From the NCBI GenBank assembly GCA_012026655.1, contig JAAILG010000007.1:124001-188000 (forward strand): a DNA stretch of 64,000 nucleotides. Reading direction: 5' to 3'. Both the position numbers and the translations under genes were made by a program. The notes below the pieces were generated by a model. The model saw only the letters and a program-made list of their open reading frames with translations, had not been told where the DNA came from and ran no database searches. Positions 34,541-47,568 of the stretch are shown in pieces. The DNA is from Hydrolagus affinis (taxonomy: Eukaryota). Within the stretch, counting starts at the first letter, position 1, and every line of letters starts with the position of its first letter.

Positions 34541-35392
34541 GTACAAAATATAAAGCAAGATTTCATCCAACATTTAATCTTCTACATTTAATCCTATCTT
34601 CATTTCATCAGAATGAAAGCCAGGCCTCTTCTCTTTATGGCTATTTCATAACCTCTAACCTTGCTCCTGGTGTTTCTTCTGATACAAATATCCGTGTCTT
34701 GCCTTTTAATATTTGTTTATTTGTCTCTAAATGTTGTCTTTCATTGTGTTATGTTGTGGTGGAAATCCATATTCTGGTGGAGTTTCTTAATTACAGGTGC
34801 TCTAACAGTTTAATTTTAATCATATTTTAATAGTTTAATATTAACAGTATAAATAGATTGGAGTTTGATTTGCCATATTTGCATTGCCAAGCATCTGATA
34901 TTTGGAGTCACTTTTTGATGTAATTATTAAAATGTATGAACCAGTTTAAAAACTTTACAATATCACCTCCCATTGTATTTCATATGTGTGAGTCACATCA
35001 TTGTAATTTGATGTTGTCTTTGATGTTAAGTGTGTCAGTGCTTGATTTGAGGGGTAAGGTGGGAATTGAATGGTTCCCACTGAATCATAAATTCTGAACT
35101 GAATCTTAAATTCAGTGAATTTATGAACTGAATCATAAACCCACCAACAACCCTCCATTTCATGCTCAAACTAAATGTTTGCATTTCGGCTAACTCATTC
35201 TTCGTAACTGGGGTTGAGACTATAATTTAATTAAAAACCTCGTAATTTATCCATAAATCATTAAATGTAAATGCAAATAAGTTCTTCAGGTTTTTTTTTT
35301 GCAATGCAATAAGAATCAACTAAATGCAACACAGATATCAATTTGTAGGTGATCTAGTTATTGATAATACTAAACGCTGGTAATAGGTTACA

Positions 35393-35703
35393 GCTCCTGT
35401 AGCTCAGTGGTTAGAGCACTTACAAGTGTGAGACCTGTGTTTCGAATCCAGGCAGGTCAGGGCAAAACCTTGGGCAAGTTTCCGCATGCCTAATAATAAT
35501 TCGTCCAAAAGAAACCACGATAATAAAATTGGTCATTTCAATCCACGACTATTTGTGGGACACTGTTGTGTGCAATTGACTGCCGCGGTTCACCCAGAAA
35601 TATACAGACAATTCACTTTACAGTATATTCTGTGAAGCGCTTTGAGACGTTGATAAGACGTGAAAAGCACTATATCAAACGCAAGGATTATTATTATTAT
35701 TAC
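35393..35703 (+). mobile_element. Full-length tRNA-SINE
   Basis: 'ctcctgtagctcagtggttagagcac...ttcgaatcc' head, core, (ATT)n tail. Confidence 0.88.
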
Positions 35704-35799
35704 AGTTCAGCCTTGAAACAACAACAACAAATTACATTTATATAACACCTTTCACATCAGGACGACATCCCAATGTGGTCAAATTCTAACTCATGGAAG

Positions 35800-35945
35800 A
35801 ACGTAAGAACATAAGAATTAGGAGCAGGAGTATGCCATTCGGCCCTTCGAGCCTGCCCCGCCATTTTATAAGATCATGGCTGATCTTCTGACCTAACTCT
35901 AATTACCTGCCCTATCCCCATATCCCCTAATCCCTCTATTTTTAA
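35800..35945 (-). mobile_element. CR1/HER1-type LINE 3' tail
   Basis: 'aagaacataagaattaggagcaggagtatgccattcggcccttcgagcctgc...gatcatggctgatc' is the reverse of the chondrichthyan CR1 3' end. Confidence 0.75.
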
Positions 35946-36062
35946 AAAAAATCTAAGGAAGGTAGCAATATCTTTTTTAGCAATATCTTAAATGATAAAT
36001 CAAGCACTGATGTTTGCTTTTTTGAAATGTGTCTGGTTTTAAAACAATGATGTTCTTTAAAG

Positions 36063-36143
36063 TGCCAGAGGTTCCCAAGAAGCCAGTTGTTGAAGAAGCT
36101 AAACCAGTCACTGTTGAAAGAAAAGAGATTCCTGCAGCAAAAG
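36063..36143 (+). CDS. ttn: Titin PEVK exon (81 nt)
   Basis: VPEVPKKPVVEEAKPVTVERKEIPAAK. Confidence 0.88.
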
Positions 36144-36961
36144 GTACAATGTGACTTGATGGCTTTTGCATCAGTGTCATTACGCGGTGTGGGAACCTAA
36201 TGAAAGGATTTTTTCTCTTTGTGTTTGTCTCTTTAGTCTGAATCAGACATGGTTTGTGGATGTTTGATGTGATACAAATGTTGTCGCCTTGTCTGCAATT
36301 AACCTTGTGTTTGTATTGCTCTGTGTAAGTGTAATGAGCTCATAGATTCTGTGCCTTTGTTTTTCATACTTACATCTCTTATGTTGTTATATCTGCTTCC
36401 ATTATATAACCAAATAGCACCTTAATATTTTATTCACCATCGCATTCCTTACATTCTTTGAATTCCTTACACAAGAATTCATTTTTGAACATTTGAATTC
36501 ATGCAAAAGTTATTTAAGAAGTTAATATTATTGAATTCAGTAAATATCCTCTTCATGTTTTTTTAAAAAATCTGATTTGATTTCATTATTTTATTGAATC
36601 AGTTATTAAACAATTCAGCTTGGAAAGGAGAAACAATAAATAATATGACCCAATATGACCCAATTTCTAACAAGTTATTTTTGTTATTTGCATTATTCGG
36701 CATTGGGTCTCTATTATTATTAAGCACTTATTATTATGATGATAAGCTCTCTGGGATGCTGCCCCGGTGAAGGGTGCTATACAAATGCAAGCTGTTGTTG
36801 TTGTTGTTGTTGTTATCAGTCAATCTCCAATCATAACATATAATGCACAGAACTAGTCACCCTGTTCATCTAACTGTTGTCATGTGTATGTTTTTTGTCA
36901 TCTTGAATGCTGAATACATTTCTTGAATTACTTTGGTCTTAAACTATACTATTCTTTGAAG

Positions 36962-37045
36962 TCCCGGAGGTTCCTAAGAAGCCAGTTGCTGAAGAGGTCA
37001 AGCCTGCTCTTGTTCCCAAAAAACAAGAGATCCCTCCAGCCAAAG
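36962..37045 (+). CDS. ttn: Titin PEVK exon (84 nt)
   Basis: VPEVPKKPVAEEVKPALVPKKQEIPPAK. Confidence 0.9.
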
Positions 37046-37662
37046 GTAATTCAATAAACCAAATGCTATCTTTCCGTTGTGTGGCATCTGTTCTTACCAT
37101 CAATTCTCTGATCTTGATCAGAATTCAGTGCCATTGGTTTGAGTCGGATCCCAATTGACCTTGAACCAATCATATGTAATATATTGAACCAGCAATTAAT
37201 TAACTGGACTGATCACTTGATAAATGACCATGTATTTAATCTTTGCTTTAGGATGTATCAAGACAGTAAAACAAGAGGATGTGCATTTTAGGGTTGTAAA
37301 GGGCAATTTAGGTCAGATATCGGGACTTTTTTTTACACATTGGGTAACCAATGACTGGAAAGGTTTTCCAGAAAAGATGGTAGAAGCCAGTGTTAATACT
37401 CATTTACAAAAGCAGTTTAATGCAGTGCCTGTAGAGAGGGAGGGATGGGATGAGATGCCTTCTTCATCCAGACTTATCTTGTGATTTTAGTTTTAATGAA
37501 TAGCATTTTTGCTAAATATATTGTCTCATGCTTCAATGTTGTACGTGCCAGTTGCCCACTAAATAACCAACCAAAGCCTCTTGTGTTTAGTTACTTTTTA
37601 AACATCTTCAAAATATATTTTCTTGACTGAATTCTGATCACACTAAATAATATTCTTTGAAG

Positions 37663-37746
37663 TGCCGGAGGTGCCTAAGAAGCCAGTGGCTGAAGAGGTT
37701 AAACCCGCTGGCGTCCCAAAAAGAGCAGAGGTCACACCAGCCAAAG
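37663..37746 (+). CDS. ttn: Titin PEVK exon (84 nt)
   Basis: VPEVPKKPVAEEVKPAGVPKRAEVTPAK. Confidence 0.9.
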
Positions 37747-38516
37747 GTAGAAACTACAGAGAGTTTTACACCCCCTTCATTCTTTGTGATGCAACACCTT
37801 GTTCTTACCTTTTGAGGGTGGAAATATTTTCTGCTTCATATTCAAACCCTGTTTGTCTTTGTCTGATACAAAGGCTGATTTGTCTGATTAATTGTGTTGT
37901 TATCATTTATGTATGGTACATGTTTGTGGTGGAGTGTGTTTGGTATATTCGTTATTCAAATGGCAACTTGATATTCCAAATCTATTCTGAAATTCAAAGT
38001 GCTTCATTAATTTCCTAGAAATATATGCAGATTTTCTTTCCAGAGATCACCAGCTGATCTGAATCACTGCATTTGAATCAATATGAATGTGCCATTTCTT
38101 TTTAAATTATATTGTAATACATCATTAGAAAAGTCCCCCTTTTTAATCAATAACTACCGAAAGTGTTTCATCCGATATTATAAAGCTTTATTAGAGAAAA
38201 GGTGGATCAATGCACATTTTTCTTTCCTCAGGGAAAGTATCAAGCTCATAAGTTTGAACTTTGTTTTCAAAAAAATTTAACTCGTGCCCTGATTTGGAAA
38301 AACAAGACAGATGTTCTTTCTCTGTACACCTGGATATTTAAGATGTTTGTAAATTGTCCCTTTGATCGAACGATTGTGTTGGTTCCAAATGAGGGAAAAT
38401 CTTATTTGTTTTGTCTCTCATGTGTTTTATGTCGTGTTGATTTGTGGTTAAAATCATCAATGTTCTGCACGTATTCTTGTGTGAATCTTTTCTTAAATCA
38501 ATGATGTTCTTTGAAG

Positions 38517-38600
38517 TGCCAGAGGTTCCCAAGAGGCCAGTGGCTGAAGAGATCAAACCAACAGCTGTTCCACCCAAAGAAGAGATTGTGCCAACTAAAG
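38517..38600 (+). CDS. ttn: Titin PEVK exon (84 nt)
   Basis: VPEVPKRPVAEEIKPTAVPPKEEIVPTK. Confidence 0.9.
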
Positions 38601-38805
38601 GTAAAGAAGGGCTTTTAATAGCAAAGCCTAATTCTTGTGTAGAATTGCATCTTGATTTTAACAATTGTTACCGTCATTGTTACCTGTCATGGTTTTGTCC
38701 TGAATCCTAATCCGAACCTTTCTCCTGGTGTCTCTTGTTCGAACGTAGTTCTTCTGTTTAATTGTTTGTCTGTGTCTGCTCTTGTGTTCCAATGTTCTAA
38801 CATCA

Positions 38806-38955
38806 TGACAGGAGTTGCTCCCAGTGTCCTGGCTAACAGTCCCCAGATAACACTGTTCATATTCACTTCATGACCATTTGTGGGGACATTGTTGTATAAA
38901 ATGCAGTAAAAATCTATGAAGGGCTTTAAGACGCCCTTGCTTGTGGGAAAGGCAT
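38806..38955 (+). mobile_element. Degenerate DeuSINE fragment
   Basis: 'caggagttgctcccagtgtcctggctaacagtcccc...ttgtggggacattgttgt' resembles the core at 19230-19320. Confidence 0.55.
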
Positions 38956-39585
38956 TAATTAGATCAAATGTGAAGACTATTTTGGTTAATCTTTATAGCC
39001 ATGTAAACATTGTGTGTATCTTAACAGCAGTACTAACATACATGGAAAATGTGTTTGATTGCAAGACATGAACAATATTGATTAGACTAGAGTATGATCT
39101 TTGCTTGGGAACTATATGGAATGCAGTTTGCTGAGAGTAAAATGAATATTTTAATGAGTTATTATCTTGGATGTTTGTATTGAAGAAAGTATTTATAACA
39201 ATTAATGGGAAACATAACTAACTGCGACATTGGTTAGGGAAGGATCTTACTTTGATTTTTTTTAGTATATTCTTATTGTTATCTTCTGTTACTACCAAAT
39301 GCTGCTTGAATTTTCAATCACTCGTCATTACATAAAAGAAAATGAAAGCGTAAAAGGAAAAAGCCATGTGATAAGTCAAGCCTCCAGAATAGCCCCTATC
39401 ATATATGTCACTATATTACATTGGGTTTTCATTTTATAATTCTGCTTCAGGGGAAATGTCGTCTTTTATTCGTTCAATTTGTCATGTACGTTCCACATTG
39501 TCTTAAGTGTTTCCTCTTCATATCTTGAGGAACACAAATTCACTCTTGAATTGACTTGGTTTTAAAATAATCATATTCTTTAAAG

Positions 39586-39663
39586 TGCCAGAAGTTCCCA
39601 AGAAGCCAGTTCCTGAAAAGGTGAAGCCAGTTACTGTTCAACGAAAAGAAGAGATCGCTCCAG
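39586..39663 (+). CDS. ttn: Titin PEVK exon (78 nt)
   Basis: VPEVPKKPVPEKVKPVTVQRKEEIAP. Confidence 0.88.
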
Positions 39664-40377
39664 GTACACATCTACAAAGGGCATTTAGGCAGACTTTATT
39701 TGCCTTCGTTCTGGGTAGCTCTTGAAATCTCGATTGCAGCCTTGCTTGTTATTGCAGATGCAATATGTACTGTACACCTTTGTGTCCTGAATGTTTGGAT
39801 GGTGTGTTAAAAGTGTTGCAAATCTGTGTGATGTGTTTGCACTCTACCAGGTCATTATCCTGTCATAACACCACCACCACTGAAACATGTTGAATAAAAC
39901 AATTAGTTTTTTGTAAATAACTGACCCCTACAGATTGATTGGAACTATTTATATTTAATCAGATGTTAGAAGGCATATTACTTGAATAGGATACCATTTA
40001 CTGTCAGCGATTTATGGGTGTATTTTGCTAATTTGGTAATTATATGCCAATACAAATCATCAAATTTGCAAAATTAAGAAAATTTATTATTTTTAAACAC
40101 CTTTAATGCTTAGTATTTTAGTGATGTAATATAAGTACAGAAACCATCCTACTATTACTATAGTAATAATTATTATTATCATCAGTTAATGCTCAGTTAC
40201 CCAAAGGCAACACATTACATACATGTACATTGATTGGATTTTAAAAATTTAATTGTTTGTAGAATTAATATGTTCTGTCATGTGTGTGTTATGTTGTTTC
40301 GTTGCTTATGTTTTTTTTTCAAAGTTTGTACATTTTCTTGAGTAAATTTGCTCATAAAAATCTAATATTCCTCAAAG

Positions 40378-40461
40378 TGCCCGAGATTCGTAAGAAACCT
40401 GTGGCTGAGGAAGTGAAGCCAGTTACTGTTTCAAGGAAAGAGGAGCCTGCACCAGAAATAG
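40378..40461 (+). CDS. ttn: Titin PEVK exon (84 nt)
   Basis: VPEIRKKPVAEEVKPVTVSRKEEPAPEI. Confidence 0.88.
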
Positions 40462-41325
40462 GTATAGAAGATGCATATTTATCCAATACTATTCTTATTT
40501 GCTTGCCTCTTTACATCTGTTTCATACAATTGTGCAGTAATAGTGTTGTGAGTTCATGCTGTACATTACATGTGTCTGTCTGTGTTGATGTCGCAGTATG
40601 TTTGACATTGCAAGAAAAACTCTTTTAAATATTGAAGACATCAAAGAGCACCCATAGTAACCAGCCAAATTTCATTAGAAAATGTAATTGAAATGATTCA
40701 CCTATGTGGTTGTACCTTTCATAGAGCATGACTAGCTTTACAACTTTGATAGACAGCACTGAGCTTAGGGAAAGAATTATTGATGTTGATCAATAATTGA
40801 GGGTTTTCAAGGCACAAGAGAGGAATGAAGGCCAAGAAGAATTGAAAAGAAGTTCTAGAAGACATGACATATAGCTTAGTCATCTATAGCAGAACATAGT
40901 GGAGCGGTGGGGGGATGAGCAAAGAGCACTGGACTGTTGGTTATGACCTCTGTGATTACTAAAGTTACGTTTATTTAATTGGAAAATCACCAGAACTTTT
41001 TATTAAAAATTCGAGCAATTTCCCTCAGTCTTTCAATAAGGAATTATTCCTATTGTTGGCAGTTGAAAACCGGATCCTGTAACATATCGAGTGAAACATT
41101 TTGGATTTTAAAAATATATATAATTCAAAGATCAATGCAGATTGAGGGTAAACATTTACATGTAAACATATCTTAACATTATTCACATTATTTACATGAG
41201 TTCTTATCCTTTGGAATTAGTAGTTCCATTGTTTGTTTCATTTGTTGTATACGTGTTTTGCGTGGTCTTATTTGCCTAAATTACATGTTCTTCTTGAACG
41301 ATTGAAACAATAATATTCTTTAAAG

Positions 41326-41409
41326 TGCCAGAGGTTCCTAAGAAGCCAGTGGCTGAAGAAGTGAAACCAGTTACTGTTCCAAGAAGAAAGTTGACCCCTC
41401 CAACTGAAG
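41326..41409 (+). CDS. ttn: Titin PEVK exon (84 nt)
   Basis: VPEVPKKPVAEEVKPVTVPRRKLTPPTE. Confidence 0.9.
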
Positions 41410-41750
41410 GTACAAAACTGGAGAGAAAGATTTTATAAAACCTGAATTCTTCACCAATGTGCTTGTCTGTTCCCAACATGAGAATGAAAACTGTGTTCTA
41501 TATTTCACACTCTTCTCTCAAACTCTATCCAGCATCTCTTTATATTCTTTCTTATTATTCTGGTGGAATTAAATTCCACCGTATTTGTTCATTGGTTTGT
41601 TCTGTATAATGTTGTGATGTTCGATATGTACTGTTATAACTGGTTTTGTCCGTCTTGTTCACATGCCTTGGAGTCACTTGGCTTCTGTATTCCATGTACT
41701 GTGTGTTTTCTTGAGAGAATTATTCACTAAATCACAAATATTCTTTAAAG

Positions 41751-41834
41751 TGCCGGAGGTTCCTAAGAAGCCAGTGGCTGAAGAAGTCAAATCTGTTGCT
41801 GTATCTAGAAGGGTGGAGGCTCCTCCCGCTGAAG
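41751..41834 (+). CDS. ttn: Titin PEVK exon (84 nt)
   Basis: VPEVPKKPVAEEVKSVAVSRRVEAPPAE. Confidence 0.9.
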
Positions 41835-42071
41835 GTACAAATATAAGAGACGTTTTATAAAATCTTTAGTCAGTGTGGCTACAAGTTCCCATCATTAGTA
41901 TGAAAACTGTGTCTACATTTCACAATCGTCTTTTAAACACTGTCCAGACTCAGCTTCTGGTACTTCTTGTTTTGATGGAATTGAACCACGACTGTGTGTA
42001 TTCATCAAAGTTCTGTTGTGGTGCTTCAACTTTATGTTTTACTGTGCGTCTTGTTCATATTGTCTTTAGTG

Positions 42072-42396
42072 AAGTCCTGTAGCTCAGTGGTTAGAGCATT
42101 CGTCACTCAAGAGACCTGGGTTTGATTCCCAGCAGGACGAACCCTTGGCCAAGTTTCCTTACTCCACACACCTGATAATAATCCCTCAAAAATAAACAAT
42201 AACAAATTTGTCACTTCAATCTATGACTGTTTGTGGGACACTGCTGTGCGCAATTGGCTATGCAATTGGCTGTGCGCAATTTACCCACAAAAATATACAG
42301 TCAATTCACTTTACTATATATTCTGTGAAGCACTTTGAGATGTCTAGAAGATGTGAAAGTGCTATATCAAATGCAAGTATTATTTTTATTATTATT
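42072..42396 (+). mobile_element. Full-length tRNA-SINE
   Basis: 'gtcctgtagctcagtggttagagc' head, core with short internal duplication (gcaattggct), ATT-rich tail. Confidence 0.87.
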
Positions 42397-42984
42397 GTCA
42401 TAATTAGCAGATGCAACATGTAGGCAAAATGGACAAATATGTGTATTTAGGGCAGTGCATCCTCTGTCAATTAATGGGATGTTAATCTCTGCACATAAGA
42501 TGGGGTTGCCCAACAGTCAGTACATTTACTGTGAAAACCTACTGACTAGTTGTTGCAACTAAGAAGAGAATAATCCTACAATAAACTCCCATTGTAAACA
42601 TGGAACATCCAATCACTGACCCTATATAACTTAGTTCAGTATAAAGCTGCTTAAAAAATCCAAACAAGTGTTATCAGTAATTCAAATTGACTTGAATCAA
42701 AAATGTGATAATTATTTGTGAAGGAAATAGAAATTAAAGTACATTGAAAATATTTCCTGGTCAAATTGACATTTTACCATTGAATATAACTTATTTCCAA
42801 CTATTGGCAAAGCATCCAGTTTTCTGCTTTCATTTCATGTTTAGAAATATTCATTGTCTTTGTTCAGTCATGTCTTGTGTGTGTCATCATTGTTACTTTG
42901 AGTTCTGACTGGTAATTTATAAATTCTCAAAGTTATATATTTTCTCGAGTCAACATTTTCTTACGATAATAATATTCTTTGAAG

Positions 42985-43068
42985 TGCAAGAAGTTCCTAA
43001 GAGGCGAGTAATTGAAGAAGTGAAACCTGCAATTGTTCCAAGAAGGAAGGAGATTCCTCCAGCTGAAG
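42985..43068 (+). CDS. ttn: Titin PEVK exon (84 nt)
   Basis: VQEVPKRRVIEEVKPAIVPRRKEIPPAE. Confidence 0.87.
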
Positions 43069-43609
43069 GTACAGCATGAGAGAGAGATTTTTTGGCACCT
43101 TCATTCATACTAAGTTTGGCTGTCTGTTTGCACAATTTGACTGAAATTTGTGTCTACATTTTTCAGCCATTTCTCAATCATTGTCCAGATTCCAATTCTG
43201 GTTCATCTTGTTGAGGTGGAATTAATCATCACCATATTCAGTCATCCATGTTCTATTCTGTTACAGTGTTGTGATACCTGCGTGTTTGTGTTTTACGTCT
43301 GTGTGTATCTTTCATACTGTCATATGTAGCAACTACAACACACAGGGGCAATGTTTAGTATATTTCAGTTAACTACTGAAATAGTAGTGGTGCAACACAT
43401 TTCTTGGTCAATTTATTGAGGATGATTTTCCGAACCCCTTTAAATTGGTGACTTTATCGCCAATGGGGTTGGTCACTTAACTTTTCTTCAACAAGGAAAT
43501 TTATACATTGATGTGGTGTCAGCTGGGAGCAGGATTGGACCCGTAACATTCATAAATCTCATTTGATTGTAGTTGGCTCACTGCAATTATTCTTTTAATG
43601 TAATATTAA

Positions 43610-43865
43610 ACAAACAACAAATTACATTTATAAAGTGCCTTTCAATTCGGATGGACACCCCAAGGCCCTGGACAGTTAAGCGATTGCATTCCAGCTGGGG
43701 GATGGAGTCAACAGGAGTGCAGGGCAAGGGGATTGGGTGGGTGGCCAAAGGCACAGTCAAAGAGTCGGGTCTTGAAGGAGGCAAACACGGGGCTGAGGTA
43801 GAGGGATTTGGGGATAGAATTCCAAAACCTAGGGTCAGAAACTCTGAGGGCCCGACCGCCAGTGG
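43610..43865 (-). mobile_element. L2-type 3' fragment, co-duplicated at ~45135-45395, ~46650-46920, ~48175-48450 and partly ~49675-49770
   Basis: 'acaacaaattacatttataaagtgcctttca...gagtcgggtcttgaaggaggc...gagggatttggggat..aattcca' is the reverse of the L2 3' end seen at 63400-63646. Confidence 0.75.
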
Positions 43866-44127
43866 TATAAATTAGAGTAATTTGCAGTCACATTTCTAAC
43901 TTATCAACGCAAAAAGTCCCTGTTAATTTCAGCACCTGTCCAGGGTAGCAACATTTTATGTTGACAAGTGATTTTACTTTTGAATACACTCATGCATTTC
44001 ATGTACCATCAATATGTCGTCTTGAGTACGTTTCCCTGTGATGTTTCTTGTTATCTTGGTTTACGTGACTTCAATGTTATGTGTATTCTTATGTGAATCT
44101 TTTCTTAAACAACGCTATTCTTTAAAG

Positions 44128-44211
44128 TGCCGGAGGTCCCTAAGAAGCCGATGGCTGAAGAAGTCAAACCTGTTACTGTTCTTAGAAGGAAGGTGTCTCC
44201 TCCAATTGAAG
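44128..44211 (+). CDS. ttn: Titin PEVK exon (84 nt)
   Basis: VPEVPKKPMAEEVKPVTVLRRKVSPPIE. Confidence 0.88.
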
Positions 44212-44441
44212 GTACAAACACAATGGGAGACTTTATATATCATATTTTCAGTGTGGCTGCACGTACACACGATTAGATAGAAAACCGTGTCTGTTTCATC
44301 GTCTTCTCACAAACTCTGCCCAGCCTCAGTTTTTGGTTCTTCGTCTGGCGTCAGTTGGTCTTGTCTGTGACGTTAGTGTGTTCAATGTTCTGTGTATTTT
44401 CTTGTATAAATTATTTCCTAAAATGCTAATATTCTTAAAAG

Positions 44442-44525
44442 TGCCAGAGGTCCCTAAGAAGACAATAGTTGAAGAAATGAAACCTGTTACTGTTCCAAGA
44501 AGGAAGGAGATTCCTCCGACTGAAG
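44442..44525 (+). CDS. ttn: Titin PEVK exon (84 nt)
   Basis: VPEVPKKTIVEEMKPVTVPRRKEIPPTE. Confidence 0.88.
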
Positions 44526-45655
44526 GTATAGCACTAGAGAGAGAGATTTTATGACATCTTCATTCATACTCAGTTTGGCTGTCTGTTCCATCACTTGACT
44601 GAAATTTGTGTCTGCATTTTTCAGCCATTTCTCAATCACAGTCCAGATATTGATTCTGGTTCTTCTTGTTGTAGTGGAATTAATCATCACCATATTCAGT
44701 CATCCATGTTCTATTCTGTTACATTGTTGTGATACCTGTGTGTTTGTGTTTTACATCTGTGAATAACTTTCATGCTGTCATATGCAGTAACTGCAACACA
44801 CGAGAAACATTTAGTATATTTCAGTTAAGTCCTGTCACATTGGTGCAACACATTTCTTGGCCAATTTATTGTGAGTGATTTTCTGAACCCCTTTAAATTG
44901 GTGATGTTATCACCAGTGGGGTTGGTTACCTTACTCCATATGAACCAGAAAATTTACAGATTGATATAGTTTCAGCTTGGAGCAGGATTGGACCCTTGAC
45001 CTTCACAAATCTCAGTGTGGGACATCCTCCTGAAGTGAAAGGCGCTATTATACTAAGCATAATTTTGTTATTGTTAGTGACTTTGCCAGTGGTTGCAGTT
45101 GGCTCACTGCATTATTCTTTTAATATAATATTAAACAAACAATAAATTACGTTTCTAAAGTCTCTTTCAATTCAGATGGATGCCCCAAGGCGGTGGACAG
45201 TCAAGGGTTTGCATCCCAGCTAGGGGATGGAGTCGCCAGGGATGGAGAGCAAGGGCATTGGGTGGGTGGCCAAAGGCATAGTGAAAGAGAAATGTCTTGA
45301 GTCGGGGCTTGAAGGAGGCAAATGAGGTCGCGAGATGGAGCGATTTGGGGATGGAATTGCAAGTGTAGAGGCAGAAACGATGAAGGCCCAACTACTGTAA
45401 AGTAGAGTAATTTGTAGTCACATTTCTAACTTATCTAGGCAAAAAGTTCCTATTAATTCCACAACCTGTCCAGGATAATGACATTTTATGTTGACAAGTG
45501 ATTTTACTTTTGAATCACTCATGCATTTCATGTACCATCAATATGTCATCTTGAGTACGTTTCCCTGTGATGTTTCTTGTTATCTTGGTTTACGTGCCTT
45601 CAATGTTATGTGTTTCTTATGCAAATCTTTTCTTAAACCACACTATTCTTTAAAG

Positions 45656-45739
45656 TGCCGGAGGTTCCTAAGAAGCTGATGGCTGAAGAAGTCAAACCTG
45701 TTCCTGAACTTAGAAGGAAGGTGTCTCCTCCAACTGCAG
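45656..45739 (+). CDS. ttn: Titin PEVK exon (84 nt)
   Basis: VPEVPKKLMAEEVKPVPELRRKVSPPTA. Confidence 0.88.
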
Positions 45740-45967
45740 GTACAAGAACATTGAGAGACTTTATAACATTTTCAGTGTGGTTGCACATACGCATCATTAG
45801 ATTGAAAATTGTGTTTATGTTTCACTGTTGTCTCACAAACTGTGTCCAGATTCACTTTCTGGTTGTGCGTCTAGCGTCAGTTGGTCTTCTCTGTGACGTT
45901 AGTGTGTTCAACGTTCTTTGTATTTTCTTGAGTGAATCATTTCCTAAAATGCTAATATTCTTAAAAG

Positions 45968-46051
45968 TGCCAGAGGTCCCTAAGAAGACAATAGTTGAAG
46001 AAATGAAACCTGTTACTGTTCCAAGAAGGAAGGAGATTCCTCCGACTGAAG
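45968..46051 (+). CDS. ttn: Titin PEVK exon (84 nt)
   Basis: VPEVPKKTIVEEMKPVTVPRRKEIPPTE. Confidence 0.88.
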
Positions 46052-47172
46052 GTATAGCACTAGAGAGAGATTTTATGACATCTTCATTCATACTCAGTTT
46101 GGCTGTCTGTTTCCATCCTTTGAACGAAATTTGTGTTTACATTTTTCAGCCATTTCTCAATCACTGTCCAGATATTGATTCTGGTTCTTCTTGTTGTGGT
46201 GGAATTAATCATCACCATATTCAGTCATCCATGTTCTATTCTGTTACAGTGTTGTGATACCTGTGTGTTTGTGTTTTACATCTGTGAATGTCCTTCACAA
46301 CGACAGCAAAACAAAACTACATTTATAGAGCACCTTTCTCATCCAAGGCGATGGCATATCTAGTAACTGCAACATACAGTGGAAATGTTTAGTATATTTC
46401 AGTTAACTACTGTCACATTGGTGCAACACATTTCTTGGTCAATTTATTGTGAGTGATTTTCTTAACCCCTTTAAATTGGTGACGTTATCACCAATAGTTT
46501 TAGCTTAGAGCAGGATTGGACCCTTAACATTCACAAATCTCAGTCGGGGATGTCCTCCTATACAAGCATAATTTTGTTTTTGTTATTGTTAGTGATTTTG
46601 CCAGTGATTGCAGATGGCTCACTCCACTATTCTTTTAATATAATATTAAACAAACAATAAATTACGTTTATAAAGTCCCTTTCCATTCAGGTGGATGCCC
46701 CAAAGCACTAGACAGTCAAGGGTTTGCATCCCAGCTGGGGGATATAATCAACAGTGGGTGGAGGGCAAGTGCATTGGGTGGGTGGCCCAAGGCACAGTGA
46801 AAGAGAAAGGCCTTGAGTCGGGTCTTGAAGGAGGCAAATGAGCTCGCAAGATGGAGGGATTTGGGGATGGAATTCCAAGGGTAGAGGCAGAAACGCTGAT
46901 GGTCGGACTGCCAGTTGTGTAGAGTAATTCGTAGTCACATTTCTAACTTATCAAGGCAAAAAATCCCTGTTAATTCCAGAACTTGTCCAGGGTAACAACA
47001 CTTTATTTTCATAGTAGATTTTACTTTTGATGCACTCATGCATTTCATGTACCATCAGTATGTCGTCTTGAGTATGTTTCCCTGTGATGTTTCTTGTTAT
47101 CTTGATTTACGTGACTTCAATGTTATATGTTTCTTATGCAAATCGTTTCTTAAACAACGCTATTCTTTAAAG

Positions 47173-47256
47173 TGCCGGAGGTTCCTAAGAAGCTGATGGC
47201 TGAAGAAGTCAAACCTGTTCCTGAACTTAGAAGGAAGGTGTCTCCTCCAACTAAAG
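47173..47256 (+). CDS. ttn: Titin PEVK exon (84 nt)
   Basis: VPEVPKKLMAEEVKPVPELRRKVSPPTK. Confidence 0.88.
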
Positions 47257-47484
47257 GTACAAGAACATTGAGAGACTTTATAACATTTTTAGTGTGGCTG
47301 CACATACGCATCATTAGATTGAAAACTGTGTTTATGTTTCATTGTTGTCTCAAAAACTCTGCCCAGACTCAGCTTCTGGTTGTGCGGCTGGTGTCAGTTG
47401 GTCTTGTCTGTGACGTTAGTGTTTTGAATGTTCTTTGTATTTTCTTGAATGAATCATTTCCTAAAATGCTAATATTCTTAAAAG

Positions 47485-47568
47485 TGCCGGAGGTTCCTAA
47501 GAAGACAATAGTTGAAGAAATGAAACCTGTTACTGTTCCAAGAAGGAAGGAATCTCCTCCAACTGAAG
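47485..47568 (+). CDS. ttn: Titin PEVK exon (84 nt)
   Basis: VPEVPKKTIVEEMKPVTVPRRKESPPTE. Confidence 0.88.

Noticed and set aside
26678-42396. tRNA-like sequences with A and B boxes at ~26.7, 29.9, 31.7, 35.4 and 42.1 kb
   Set aside because: Each continues into a shared SINE body and (ATT)n tail and lacks a complete cloverleaf, so they are SINE heads rather than tRNA genes.
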